Shown one piece after another: positions 47,387 to 55,913 of a stretch of 64,000 nucleotides of DNA. The notes beneath the pieces were generated by a model. The model did no database searches, was not told the DNA's origin, and saw only the letters and a list, made by a program, of their open reading frames with translations. Made by a program: the position numbers and the translations under genes. The stretch is from an uncultured virus (IMG/VR IMGVR_UViG_3300044622_000297) (Duplodnaviria > Heunggongvirae > Uroviricota > Caudoviricetes): IMG/VR virus record IMGVR_UViG_3300044622_000297. One strand, 5' to 3'. Position 1 is the stretch's first letter; every line of letters begins with the position of its first letter.

Positions 47387-47856
47387 GTGAATCAGACTTA
47401 GCCAATCAATTAATCTCTTGGGCGATCGGAATCCCGTCGGTGGGTGTAGTTATCGCTTACGGAATCTCAATGATTCGTCGACGTGTTTCGTCTGATTCTA
47501 AATCATTGAACGAAGATAAGTCCTATAACGATATGCTAGAAACATATCGCAGAGAGCGAGACGAGATTAAAACTGACCGAGATAGAATTATTGCTCGCAT
47601 GTCTCTCATCGAACGCGAAAGAAATGAAGCAGTTGGGAAGGTAGGAAAACTAACGGCAGAAGTTGAGTTCTTATCGACTCAAGTTACAGAGCTAAAGGTG
47701 CTAGTTGAGAAACTTAGCGTTACCTTAGACTTAGCAAGAGCAGAAATGCAAAAGTTTGCTGTAGAAAATGCTAAACTTGCTGCTCACGTGTCGTATCTGG
47801 AAGAGGTCATTGACCGTAACGAACAGAGACAAAAAGGAAACCACAATGGCGAGTAG
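47383..47856 (+). CDS. TM-anchored coiled-coil protein
   Basis: N-terminal TM plus long heptad repeat. Confidence 0.65.
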   Translation: MSESDLANQLISWAIGIPSVGVVIAYGISMIRRRVSSDSKSLNEDKSYNDMLETYRRERDEIKTDRDRIIARMSLIERERNEAVGKVGKLTAEVEFLSTQVTELKVLVEKLSVTLDLARAEMQKFAVENAKLAAHVSYLEEVIDRNEQRQKGNHNGE

Positions 47857-48202
47857 AGCCACTAAACCTAACTTAGAAGCCAACGACGAGATGCTTAAAA
47901 CTTTGTCTGAGACACGATCAGCGATTAGTAAAATCGAAGGAACGGCCTCTAACATCAACAAGATCGCACATGAGGTGACTATGCCTACTGAGGTCAGAGT
48001 TCGGCGCGACCCTAGCGAACTTTCTAACAGGTTTATTACAGGGATATTAGTAGTGCTAGTGGCAGTGATGGGAATGTTTGGCGTGCTGTTTTTCCATATC
48101 ACTAGTCAAACCAGTAAGGATATTCAGCAGCTAGAATACCGCGTGTTGGTGTTAGAAAGTAAGACCGGTATTAAACAGCCTTTAAATAATTCAGTGAAGT
48201 GA
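47846..48202 (+). CDS. single-TM protein (start re-assigned)
   Basis: AGGA RBS before MASRAT; TM FITGILVVLVAVMGMFGVLFF. Confidence 0.55.
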   Translation: MASRATKPNLEANDEMLKTLSETRSAISKIEGTASNINKIAHEVTMPTEVRVRRDPSELSNRFITGILVVLVAVMGMFGVLFFHITSQTSKDIQQLEYRVLVLESKTGIKQPLNNSVK

Positions 48203-48866
48203 CTATCGCGTTGTTGTGCCAATGGTCGGGACCAGACTTCTTAATCTTCCCAGTGTAAGTGCCGTCGTCGCACAGTTCTTCGTGCTTAGTTAAGAACGAA
48301 ACAAGGTTACCGAATTCGTCCTTGCCGAACGCAGAGTAGCAGTCAAACGATGCCACATAACGCTTCTCAATCAGCGTAAATTCCACAGTTACCTTATTGC
48401 CGTCGGCACCAAGCGACTGGCTGGTGTACATACACTCAGTCGTCTTTTCGTCGATTGCTTCCCTGACCTTAGCGGAAGCATACACGTTAGGAGCATAAAC
48501 CAGGATGCCAAGTTTGAACTCAGGCAGTTCTTCCTGTTCGAGCTCCTTGGCCATGTCGGATATGAAGTTGCCAACTTTTTTACCGGCTAACAGGCTCAAA
48601 GTAACTTGGGACTGAATATGCTGAATGACTTCCGCCGCGTGTTCGCGATCAGCGTCAGTTATCTTTTTGTTGACAAGGGCGTCAAGGGCGATGCGCTTGT
48701 TGGACTTGACCTCGGGCGTTGCCGGAATCGTGACGCCGTCGAAATCCTTCCACTCCGGGCGGGCGGGCTGATCTTCGCGAACAATCTCGTTGCCTTTAAT
48801 GCGATAAGCATAACAGGCAGCAGCTACCATTTCGGCGGTATTGCGTTTTGGAGTATTGGTTTTCAT
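48171..48866 (-). CDS. hypothetical early protein
   Basis: GAGG RBS; downstream of sigma70 promoter. Confidence 0.65.
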   Translation of the reverse strand: MKTNTPKRNTAEMVAAACYAYRIKGNEIVREDQPARPEWKDFDGVTIPATPEVKSNKRIALDALVNKKITDADREHAAEVIQHIQSQVTLSLLAGKKVGNFISDMAKELEQEELPEFKLGILVYAPNVYASAKVREAIDEKTTECMYTSQSLGADGNKVTVEFTLIEKRYVASFDCYSAFGKDEFGNLVSFLTKHEELCDDGTYTGKIKKSGPDHWHNNAIVTSLNYLKAV

Positions 48867-48878
48867 TTTAACCTCAGC

Positions 48879-49109
48879 TTAGGCAAACGGAACAAAGTCG
48901 TACAAGAACTCAACGCGCCGCGTGGGCTCGTGGGTTACGATGTTGGAAAGCTTGATGTCGCAGAGCACGATCATTCGGAGCACGTTCAGCAGTCCTTTTG
49001 CGGTGTCCTCGGACACATCATCGACGCACAGGGTGCCGTCATAAAAGTAAGCTTCGACGCCCGGGAGTTCCTTGCGAACTGCGTTTAGCACTTTAGTCTC
49101 GAATCCCAT
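48879..49109 (-). CDS. hypothetical early protein
   Basis: first gene after sigma70 promoter. Confidence 0.6.
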   Translation of the reverse strand: MGFETKVLNAVRKELPGVEAYFYDGTLCVDDVSEDTAKGLLNVLRMIVLCDIKLSNIVTHEPTRRVEFLYDFVPFA

Positions 49110-49142
49110 TTTGTTTAGTCCGTAGCGTTATTCAATAAAGCT

Positions 49143-49170
49143 ATTATACGCTCTTTTACGGAAAAGTCAA
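49143..49170 (-). promoter_or_regulatory. sigma70-type early promoter
   Basis: TTGACT-N16-TATAAT. Confidence 0.7.
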
Positions 49171-49200
49171 CCAAAATCTTAGGCTTTGTAAGTCATTGAT

Positions 49201-49440
49201 TTACTTACGGTTCTGACGCATTAGGTTTGTGAGAAGATCTAGCCTGTACTCGGTCGTTCTTAGCTTGTTGCGCAGGCTCGTGATTTCAGCCTGCTGCTGC
49301 TGGAGCGTTATCTGCTGCTGCTCCTGCTGTTCCTTCGTCAAGCGTAGGTCCTTCACTTGGCCCAAGAGGGTCGGTGGTGGCGGAAGATTCGGATCCCGAA
49401 TTCTTTTTGTTTTCTCAGCATACATTTTTTTGTAGTTCAT
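49201..49440 (-). CDS. small coiled-coil protein
   Basis: ATG 5 nt after TAAATA. Confidence 0.6.
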   Translation of the reverse strand: MNYKKMYAEKTKRIRDPNLPPPPTLLGQVKDLRLTKEQQEQQQITLQQQQAEITSLRNKLRTTEYRLDLLTNLMRQNRK

Positions 49441-49454
49441 ATTTGTATTTATCG

Positions 49455-49523
49455 GATAAATAAGTGTAGTCCACGGAGCGACAACTCCCGACTACTCTAA
49501 CATTAAAGGGCAATGTCAGCATG
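49455..49523 (+). promoter_or_regulatory. late promoter + conserved structured endonuclease leader, copy B
   Basis: GATAAATA; GTAGTC/GACTAC, GGAG/CTCC; ACATT/AATGT around AAAGGG; CAGC-ATG. Confidence 0.8.
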
Positions 49524-50180
49524 TATATTTATTACGTTTACGCGTACCTCCGAAGTAAAGACTCAGCAACCGCTAAGGCCGGAACACCTTATTACATTGG
49601 TAAAGGCAAAGATGCCCGAATTGATAAACTACACGGGAAAGTTCCGGTACCAAAAGACAAAAAGAATCGAGTTGTTCTCGAAAGACACTTATCTGAAATT
49701 GGCGCCTTTGCCATTGAGCGTCGACTAGTAAGATGGTTTGGTCGTAAGGACTTAGGAACAGGAATACTATTAAATCAAACAGATGGCGGAGAAGGTTCTG
49801 CAGGTAGAATAATGCCAGAATCTGAACGGAAAAATAGATCAGCTCGCAATAAAGGAAAACCCGGAAGAATCTGGACTGAGGCTGAAAGACTAAACAAATC
49901 AACTCAGATGAAAGGTAGATTGCGAACAGCCGAGCAAAGGAAAGTAACATCTGAGTCATTGAAAGGTAAAGCAAAGCCGCCACGATCCGCCGAGCATAGC
50001 GCGAATCTTTCGAGGTCATTGGCAGGTAGGATTAGGAAACCGCTAACTCAAGAACATATCGCAAATATCTCAGCCGGAAAAATAGGCAAAACTAAAGGGA
50101 AACCGTGGAGCCAAGCAAGAAGAGATGCTCACATTAAACGGTTGGCGCTTCGGGCTCAGTTGGTGTCGTCTCGGGCGTAG
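49521..50180 (+). mobile_element. GIY-YIG-like homing endonuclease with NUMOD3-like repeats, antisense insertion
   Basis: [34 protein letters not shown]; paralog of 14389..15060. Confidence 0.8.
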
Positions 50181-50523
50181 GATTTTCTTGAACTGGTTCA
50201 TCTTTTTCCTTTGTCTCTACGCTTAGACCAAACATCTGAAACCGTTGATTCAACTCATCCTTGTTGTTGCTGTAGAAGTAGTTAAACAGTTCCTCAAAGG
50301 TTTTGTCGTTCTGGAAACTGTTTCGTTCAACTCGCCCCTGACTAATATTTAGCACAATTCGAGCCGAAAGGAAGTCTTTGTTCTTCAGCCCGTAAGTGAC
50401 AAGAAGTTCTTCATCCCACTTAATGTTGCCGGGATTCTTCATGTATCCTGGTTGAGCAGTGGCATGCTTCTTGCGTGGGTGAGCTGAGTATTTTGCTACG
50501 AGGTAAACGTCTTTAGTTTTCAT
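50134..50523 (-). CDS. hypothetical protein
   Basis: AAAGGA RBS; 129 aa. Confidence 0.65.
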   Translation of the reverse strand: MKTKDVYLVAKYSAHPRKKHATAQPGYMKNPGNIKWDEELLVTYGLKNKDFLSARIVLNISQGRVERNSFQNDKTFEELFNYFYSNNKDELNQRFQMFGLSVETKEKDEPVQENPTPETTPTEPEAPTV

Positions 50524-50536
50524 CTTGTTCCTTTGA

Positions 50537-50608
50537 GATAAATAATTGTGTAGTTCGCGGACCCTCCAATCCCAACTACTCTAACATAAAAGGACTATGT
50601 CAGCAATG
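50537..50608 (+). promoter_or_regulatory. late promoter + conserved structured endonuclease leader, copy C
   Basis: GATAAATA; GTAGTT/AACTAC, GGA/TCC; ACATA/TATGT around AAAGGA; CAGCA-ATG. Confidence 0.8.
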
Positions 50609-51381
50609 TATTTAACAAACAAATATACTAAGTGGTATAATAACATCATATTAACCGCCAAAGCAAGAAGCTTGCTCAAAATTGGTTATTCTGAGAAACA
50701 TCATATAATACCTAAATCGCTGGGTGGAAACAACAGTAAAGATAACATTGTTGCTTTAACCGCAAGAGAACACTATGTTTGCCATTTACTTTTACCTAAG
50801 ATGACCACCGGTAAGGATAGAAATAAAATGGCCTACGCTCTCTCCACCGTATGCTAAGTGGAAATAGCGATAGGTATCTTCCTAAATCAAAAATATACGA
50901 ACTTGTTCGTAAATCTATTAAGTCAATGCTTCTCGGTCGTGTTTTCACTAAAGACACTCTACAGAAAATGAGTCTGGCAAAGAAAGGAAAACCTAAACCA
51001 GATGACATAGCAGCTCGGCTCCGTGTTGCTCGAAAAGGAATGACTAATAGTCAAGCACATAGAGACAAGTGTTCGTATGCGCTGAGCGGTAGAACCTTCT
51101 CAGATACAGCTAAAAAGAATATGAGCTTAAACCACGCAGATGTGGCAGGAAGTGGCAACCCAAGAGCAAGAGTATGGTTAGTAACAGACCCCAATGGAAA
51201 AGAAACTGTATTAAACGGTAACATGGGACAATTTTGCCAAGAAAATAACTTACCTGTTTCAGTAATGAGATCAATTGGCCGCGGAAATCGGCCCCCTAAG
51301 AGTGGAAGATGCGTTGGTTGGGGTGTATCTCTTATTTCCGACGAATCCGACATAATTCTATTAAGGTCGCGGACAGGTTAA
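50606..51381 (+). pseudogene. HNH (Mob-like) homing endonuclease with frameshift
   Basis: EKHHIIPKSLGG.N...N...LTAREHYVCH in the first ORF, NUMOD-like region in the second; joined by removing 2 nt in CTCTCTC 50838-50844. Confidence 0.75.
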
Positions 51382-52264
51382 TCTCTGGGTCAGCGCAAAG
51401 CGAATGATTTACTAACCCTTGCCTGATAATAATGATTGCGTCATCTTGTTCTTCTTCACTGTCTCCCCATAAAGAGAGATTATTATAAGTCCAGGCAAAG
51501 ATCTCATCAACGTCCTCTGGGTTAGCACTTCCGCAAATAAGAGCCCTTGCGTCTTTAATCTTGCCTTTCTTAAACAGATCAACTGCGTCAATGCGCCAGT
51601 CTAATATAGACTTGTCAGCAGCAGACGGCATTAACAGCTTTCCTGTAGTTGAATGCTGTTGAACCGAGTTCAAGCATTTGCGCAGGTCTGGGTAAGTGCC
51701 TTTAACGTAAGAGTCTAAGGTGTCAAGGTCGAACTCCACACCTTCAGTTACTAGAACAGTTGCTACGCGGGCAGTGAATTCTGTATGATCAGTTTGCGCA
51801 AAGTGAAAACCTTGACAACGGCTGTGAAGCGGAGGTGTTATCTTGTTAGGGTGGTTAGTTGTCAAGATAAATCTAACGCACTGGCTGTATTCTTCCATGG
51901 TGGCTTTCATTGCGTCTTGGCCTTGAGGAGATATACGATCTGCTTCGTCTAACAGGACTACCTTCATGTCCCCGAACGGCATGGTCTGGCAAAAAGGGTG
52001 TACTTTCTCACGGATAAATCCGATACCGTTCTCGCGTGACGCATTGACGTATAGAACATCGTAGTCATCAATCTCTAATTGATGAACTAACAACTTCGCA
52101 AGCGTTGTCTTTCCAATACCTGCGCTACCACTAAACAGCAGGTTTGGTATTGTCTTTGTCTTAATCCAGGCCTCTACCTGATGCCTTTGAGTTTCGTCTT
52201 TGAAGACGTAGGAAGAGACTTCTTTCGGACGGTATTTTTCTGTCCAAAGTTCATTAATCGCCAT
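51332..52264 (-). CDS. clamp loader ATPase subunit (RFC/gp44-like)
   Basis: LWTEKYRP, GSAGIGKTT, NAS, LLDEAD, SRC. Confidence 0.93.
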   Translation of the reverse strand: MAINELWTEKYRPKEVSSYVFKDETQRHQVEAWIKTKTIPNLLFSGSAGIGKTTLAKLLVHQLEIDDYDVLYVNASRENGIGFIREKVHPFCQTMPFGDMKVVLLDEADRISPQGQDAMKATMEEYSQCVRFILTTNHPNKITPPLHSRCQGFHFAQTDHTEFTARVATVLVTEGVEFDLDTLDSYVKGTYPDLRKCLNSVQQHSTTGKLLMPSAADKSILDWRIDAVDLFKKGKIKDARALICGSANPEDVDEIFAWTYNNLSLWGDSEEEQDDAIIIIRQGLVNHSLCADPEINLSATLIELCRIRRK

Positions 52265-52328
52265 TTGCTACCTTTCTAAAGTATAGCTAATTATAGTGGT
52301 TCAGTCAGGTAAAGAGCAAGTCGTTTGA

Positions 52329-52715
52329 TTAATACCGCGGAGCACCGTTCATCTGTTCGTTAGTAAGCGGGATGCCCATGTTTTCGTCTAGTATTTCTTC
52401 GTCCGAAATAGCTAGGATATCGTCAGTATCAACACGGCGAACTGTATGCTTGCCATCAGCATCCTTAATATCGACACCTCGTGTCCAGCGTCCATGAGAT
52501 ACAAGGACCCATTGGCCGACTCTAATGTGTTTCTGGTCTGGACCGACAGAATAAACTCGTCCCCAACGAGGATGAACCCCGTGCAGTTGTTTGTCATCGC
52601 TTGGTATAAACAAGCCTGTTGAAGTGACGCGCTCTTTAAACTGCATGTCTGCTACAATAACTCCGTCGAACAACGGGGTTAAGGACTTTAATTCAATCGG
52701 ATCGTATGCGCTCAT
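52329..52715 (-). CDS. GroES-like co-chaperonin
   Basis: PLFDGVIV, TSTGLFIP mobile loop, GRVYSVGP, DILAI. Confidence 0.8.
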   Translation of the reverse strand: MSAYDPIELKSLTPLFDGVIVADMQFKERVTSTGLFIPSDDKQLHGVHPRWGRVYSVGPDQKHIRVGQWVLVSHGRWTRGVDIKDADGKHTVRRVDTDDILAISDEEILDENMGIPLTNEQMNGAPRY

Positions 52716-52906
52716 TTAATGTTTTCTTTCTCTAGGATAGTTAAAGTTACTGCTTTCCGTATCTTCTTAGCTGATACATGTTCTGGTTCTTGCCATGGTT
52801 TAAGAATAGGCAAGAACCCTTGTTTCTTTCGTTCTTTCTCAGCCCTGGCTTGGTAAATTCTACTAGCCTCTTTAATAGTAACCATCATCGGATACTTTTT
52901 GCTCAT
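52712..52906 (-). CDS. hypothetical protein
   Basis: ATGA-type coupling on both sides. Confidence 0.55.
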   Translation of the reverse strand: MSKKYPMMVTIKEASRIYQARAEKERKKQGFLPILKPWQEPEHVSAKKIRKAVTLTILEKENIK

Positions 52907-53265
52907 TTTTTAGATTTCGATACTGTGCTTGCTAATGTGCCACGCATTGGCTTTGCTGTTGGCTTTGGTGCTACTACGGCCTCTTGTGGTTCTTCAAAGT
53001 CAGACTCGTCAAGCCCAGATTTTGCGCTAATAGGTGCGTCTGCTTGCGCTGTGTGCTTAGGCGGATCCATTGCGGTCGGAGTCTTCAGAGCGTAATACTC
53101 TTTCATTATCTGATCTTTAGTTTTCACTACTTTGCCGCCGCGGCCGAGCTCGTCGCCCCTAGCATTTACTTTCATGTTACCGATAGCAATCGCTGTGTCA
53201 TTTTTAAGGAATAGTTTTTCAACGTCGACTACTTTCCCCATCGCTGTTCTGTGAATCTTTGGCAT
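52903..53265 (-). CDS. hypothetical protein
   Basis: AIGNMKVNARGDELGRGG; AGGAG RBS; TATAAATA at ~53289-53296. Confidence 0.7.
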   Translation of the reverse strand: MPKIHRTAMGKVVDVEKLFLKNDTAIAIGNMKVNARGDELGRGGKVVKTKDQIMKEYYALKTPTAMDPPKHTAQADAPISAKSGLDESDFEEPQEAVVAPKPTAKPMRGTLASTVSKSKK

Positions 53266-53310
53266 TGTGTTGTTCTCCTGTTGTTAAGTATTTATAGGAC
53301 TTAACATGGG

Positions 53311-53823
53311 TTATTTTAAAAACTCTTCGATAGGGAGATCAAAAAATAGAGAATTTATGCGGTGTACGCCTATGAGGTAAAGGACATAAGACGCAGTTGA
53401 ACTACCGCGACCAACTCCCCACACTATTCCATTTTTACGAAAGGTATCAACCAGATATTTCATAAAACGCAGAATATCAAATGCGTCACGGTCTTGGAAC
53501 ATTAGCAGCTCTTTACCGACCCGTTGTAGTTCTTCGTCGGTCTTACATTCACGCAATACCCAATTGGCTATGTCTAGTGTTTTGTATTCGTCCGGCATCA
53601 ACCAATTGCCTTGGTTTTGTTTGTCAAAGTCTTCGACTGAAATCTCTAGTGTCTTGTATTTTTCTAACTTCGGGAGATCGACAAACAGAGCCTTGATGCT
53701 GTTATTAAAGTCCTCTGGGTCGTCGACCCTGATATTGCTCAAGTCAAGCAAAGGATCTGCGTATAACATATCGCATATCTCTTCTGAGCTTGCGTGAGGA
53801 GTTCCGTATTTGTCTATTTGCAC
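53311..53823 (-). CDS. short DnaE (Pol III alpha)-like fragment
   Basis: WGVGRGSSTASYVLYLIGVHRI..DLPIEEFL aligns with DnaE GPGRGS..LLFERFL. Confidence 0.75.
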   Translation of the reverse strand: MQIDKYGTPHASSEEICDMLYADPLLDLSNIRVDDPEDFNNSIKALFVDLPKLEKYKTLEISVEDFDKQNQGNWLMPDEYKTLDIANWVLRECKTDEELQRVGKELLMFQDRDAFDILRFMKYLVDTFRKNGIVWGVGRGSSTASYVLYLIGVHRINSLFFDLPIEEFLK

Positions 53824-54077
53824 TTGCTTTCCTCTATCTTCATAATTGCTACCATGTTAGCGATTATTTCGTCGTCGATTGCTCTCTGAATTTCAACAGC
53901 AATTCGCGCACTCATTTCGGCCTCAAACTTTTCCTGCTCTGTTCGGTTGTCAACTGGAGCCTGTAAAGCTTCCCAAGTTGCCTTCTTGCTTACTCGTTTC
54001 TTTTTAGGTTTAGGACATTGCGGCATTTCCACAATGTAATCTGTCAGCCATTTGGCCATTAGTTTTCGATCAGTCAT
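53814..54077 (-). CDS. hypothetical protein (start re-assigned to MTDRK)
   Basis: overlaps the stop of upstream small ORF. Confidence 0.5.
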   Translation of the reverse strand: MTDRKLMAKWLTDYIVEMPQCPKPKKKRVSKKATWEALQAPVDNRTEQEKFEAEMSARIAVEIQRAIDDEIIANMVAIMKIEESKCK

Positions 54078-54249
54078 CTTTTTTCTTAGCTGTGTAACAG
54101 CGGTCAAAATAGGCTTCGTCTGCCCGTTCTGCTGCTGCCCGTATCTTCTCACGGATCAATCTACCAAGTTCACCTTCGTTATAACGCCGTCGCAACTCTT
54201 CTGCGCTAGTGTTTAATGTTTTCCACATCTCTTCTTGCTCAGGTGTCAT
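54070..54249 (-). CDS. small hypothetical protein (59 aa, not in ORF track)
   Basis: MTPEQEEMWKTL..., same N-terminus as next gene. Confidence 0.55.
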   Translation of the reverse strand: MTPEQEEMWKTLNTSAEELRRRYNEGELGRLIREKIRAAAERADEAYFDRCYTAKKKDD

Positions 54250-54421
54250 CTTTGCTAGCTCTGTCTAATAACTCTTTTCCGATCGAATCTCTAAGAGAAT
54301 CTCTAAGTACCCGCAAGTTTTTTCTGATTGTAGCCTGAAACCTTTCTTCGGCAATCTCAGCAGCAATTTCCTCGTTAGTTTTCTTTAGTAAATCCCACAC
54401 CTTTTGTTGCTCAGGTGTCAT
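54239..54421 (-). CDS. small hypothetical protein
   Basis: MTPEQQKVWDLL... Confidence 0.55.
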   Translation of the reverse strand: MTPEQQKVWDLLKKTNEEIAAEIAEERFQATIRKNLRVLRDSLRDSIGKELLDRASKDDT

Positions 54422-54422
54422 C

Positions 54423-54662
54423 TTAATTAATGTCGATGATGTTCTTAAACTCTGCCGATTTTTCGACCATCTCAGCTATCTTTATGTCGTTGCGCCTAGT
54501 TAGTTCGGCATGGTAATCTCTCTGAAACATTTGGAGTTGATTAATAGCATCTCCCATTCCGAGCCTATAAGCTTGGCTAATCCTCTTAGCGATTTCACCT
54601 ATCTTCGTCTGGAGCTCGTCGTCCGTTAGTTTGGTTAAATCCTGTATCAATGGGTGAGTCAT
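54423..54662 (-). CDS. hypothetical helical protein
   Basis: AAAGGA RBS; HPLIQDLTKLTDDEL. Confidence 0.65.
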   Translation of the reverse strand: MTHPLIQDLTKLTDDELQTKIGEIAKRISQAYRLGMGDAINQLQMFQRDYHAELTRRNDIKIAEMVEKSAEFKNIIDIN

Positions 54663-55011
54663 GATTAAGTCCTTTAATTAGCACAGCTGGTCGGTTTGAA
54701 GTAAACCATTTGAACCACTTCTTCGGATCAATTCCAGTTTGAAGACCGTGCACTGTACAGTTATTTACTCTCTGCCAGGTGCCATGCTCGGTAAATTGAC
54801 ACGGGCGACGGTTCATGTCGTAGTCAAACTTAACTGTACCTTCCCACTCAATACCTTTCTTACCGTCTTCGATAAACAGATAATCTCCGTCTGCTAAGAT
54901 ATTTAGTGAAGCATATCCAGCAGCTGAGTTATCAAAAACTGCCCATACGATCCCTTCTGTGTGCTGTTCAGAAAATGCTTCTAAGGTGCCTATAATTCGA
55001 ATTGGTATCAT
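54595..55011 (-). CDS. hypothetical protein
   Basis: operon packing. Confidence 0.55.
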   Translation of the reverse strand: MIPIRIIGTLEAFSEQHTEGIVWAVFDNSAAGYASLNILADGDYLFIEDGKKGIEWEGTVKFDYDMNRRPCQFTEHGTWQRVNNCTVHGLQTGIDPKKWFKWFTSNRPAVLIKGLNHDSPIDTGFNQTNGRRAPDEDR

Positions 55012-55472
55012 GGTTTCTTTGGCGGCGAAAGGTAAGTTGTATTTTTTTCGCTTGTTAACTTATTTAACTCAATCCAGGACTTTGTCTCTTCTAAATCTAA
55101 CCCTTCCCACAGCACTTCTGTCGTCTTAGTTTCTTTTGCTAACGACGCTCCTTCGAGGAATTTCAGATGCGCAGCCATAGCTTCGTCTTTATCTGCGAAC
55201 CAAGTGTTATCGACTCGTTTCCAATTTTTATCGATGTATGTTTCTGTGTAGTAATAAGTCTTTGCGGCGCCGTTAATAGGTTCTACGGTGTAGGCAACAA
55301 ATCGAGTATTAGATTTATTGTGCTTAACGATGGCCGTCGTCTCTCGCTTTTTTACTTGTGGGAGTGTAGTAGAAACTACTCCTTCAGCAGGCGGAAACAC
55401 TAAGGTAATCGATACCTTAGCTTTCCACAGATCGCGTAACTTTTTAGATATCGCCTTGAGCACGGTTTTCAC
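55008..55472 (-). CDS. hypothetical protein
   Basis: operon packing. Confidence 0.55.
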   Translation of the reverse strand: MKTVLKAISKKLRDLWKAKVSITLVFPPAEGVVSTTLPQVKKRETTAIVKHNKSNTRFVAYTVEPINGAAKTYYYTETYIDKNWKRVDNTWFADKDEAMAAHLKFLEGASLAKETKTTEVLWEGLDLEETKSWIELNKLTSEKNTTYLSPPKKP

Positions 55473-55851
55473 TTGCGTCTACGCTGAACTTACCGCCTGG
55501 ATAACGAGACTCAAGCTTAGTTACATTGTCGGCAATGATTTGGTTTGGATCAAGATTAAGAGCGCGACATGCGTTAGTCCAATACCAAATTACATCACCT
55601 AATTCTTTTGCACAATGGGCGCGGGTTTCTTCAGTAAAGGGTTTGCCGTGAAACAGGATTTTCTTAAAGATTTCCGAAAACTCACCAGCTTCACCAGACA
55701 TACCCATTGCCGCTGTAAGGGCAAGAGAGATGTTTAGATTGCCATCCAAGTCAATTTGGTAAATGCGTTGGGTAAAATCAGTTGCGCTTTCCGAATCGCG
55801 GCTGGTGATAGCTTTAACAAATTCGGTGTATTTTTGTAGATCAATCTGCAT
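55444..55851 (-). CDS. MazG-like NTP pyrophosphohydrolase
   Basis: GEAGEFSE..KK, KELGDVIWY, N..KL..RYP. Confidence 0.85.
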   Translation of the reverse strand: MQIDLQKYTEFVKAITSRDSESATDFTQRIYQIDLDGNLNISLALTAAMGMSGEAGEFSEIFKKILFHGKPFTEETRAHCAKELGDVIWYWTNACRALNLDPNQIIADNVTKLESRYPGGKFSVDASENRAQGDI

Positions 55852-55875
55852 AACATCTCCTGATTAAGTTCTACC

Positions 55876-55904
55876 ATTATAGCAGAACGAACCAGGAGAG
55901 TCAA
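55876..55904 (-). promoter_or_regulatory. sigma70-type early promoter
   Basis: TTGACT-N17-TATAAT with extended -10 TG. Confidence 0.8.
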
Positions 55905-55913
55905 ACATTATGG

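Noticed and set aside
49455..49523. Leader as an OMEGA/HEARO-type guide RNA
   Set aside because: Only about 60 nt with under 10 variable loop nucleotides, and no RuvC domain in the proteins. A cis-regulatory role is more parsimonious, though not proven.
49513..49728. ORF from the ATG inside leader hairpin 2
   Set aside because: Only 2 nt from the SD and out of frame with the nuclease; the ATGT is explained as a stem strand.
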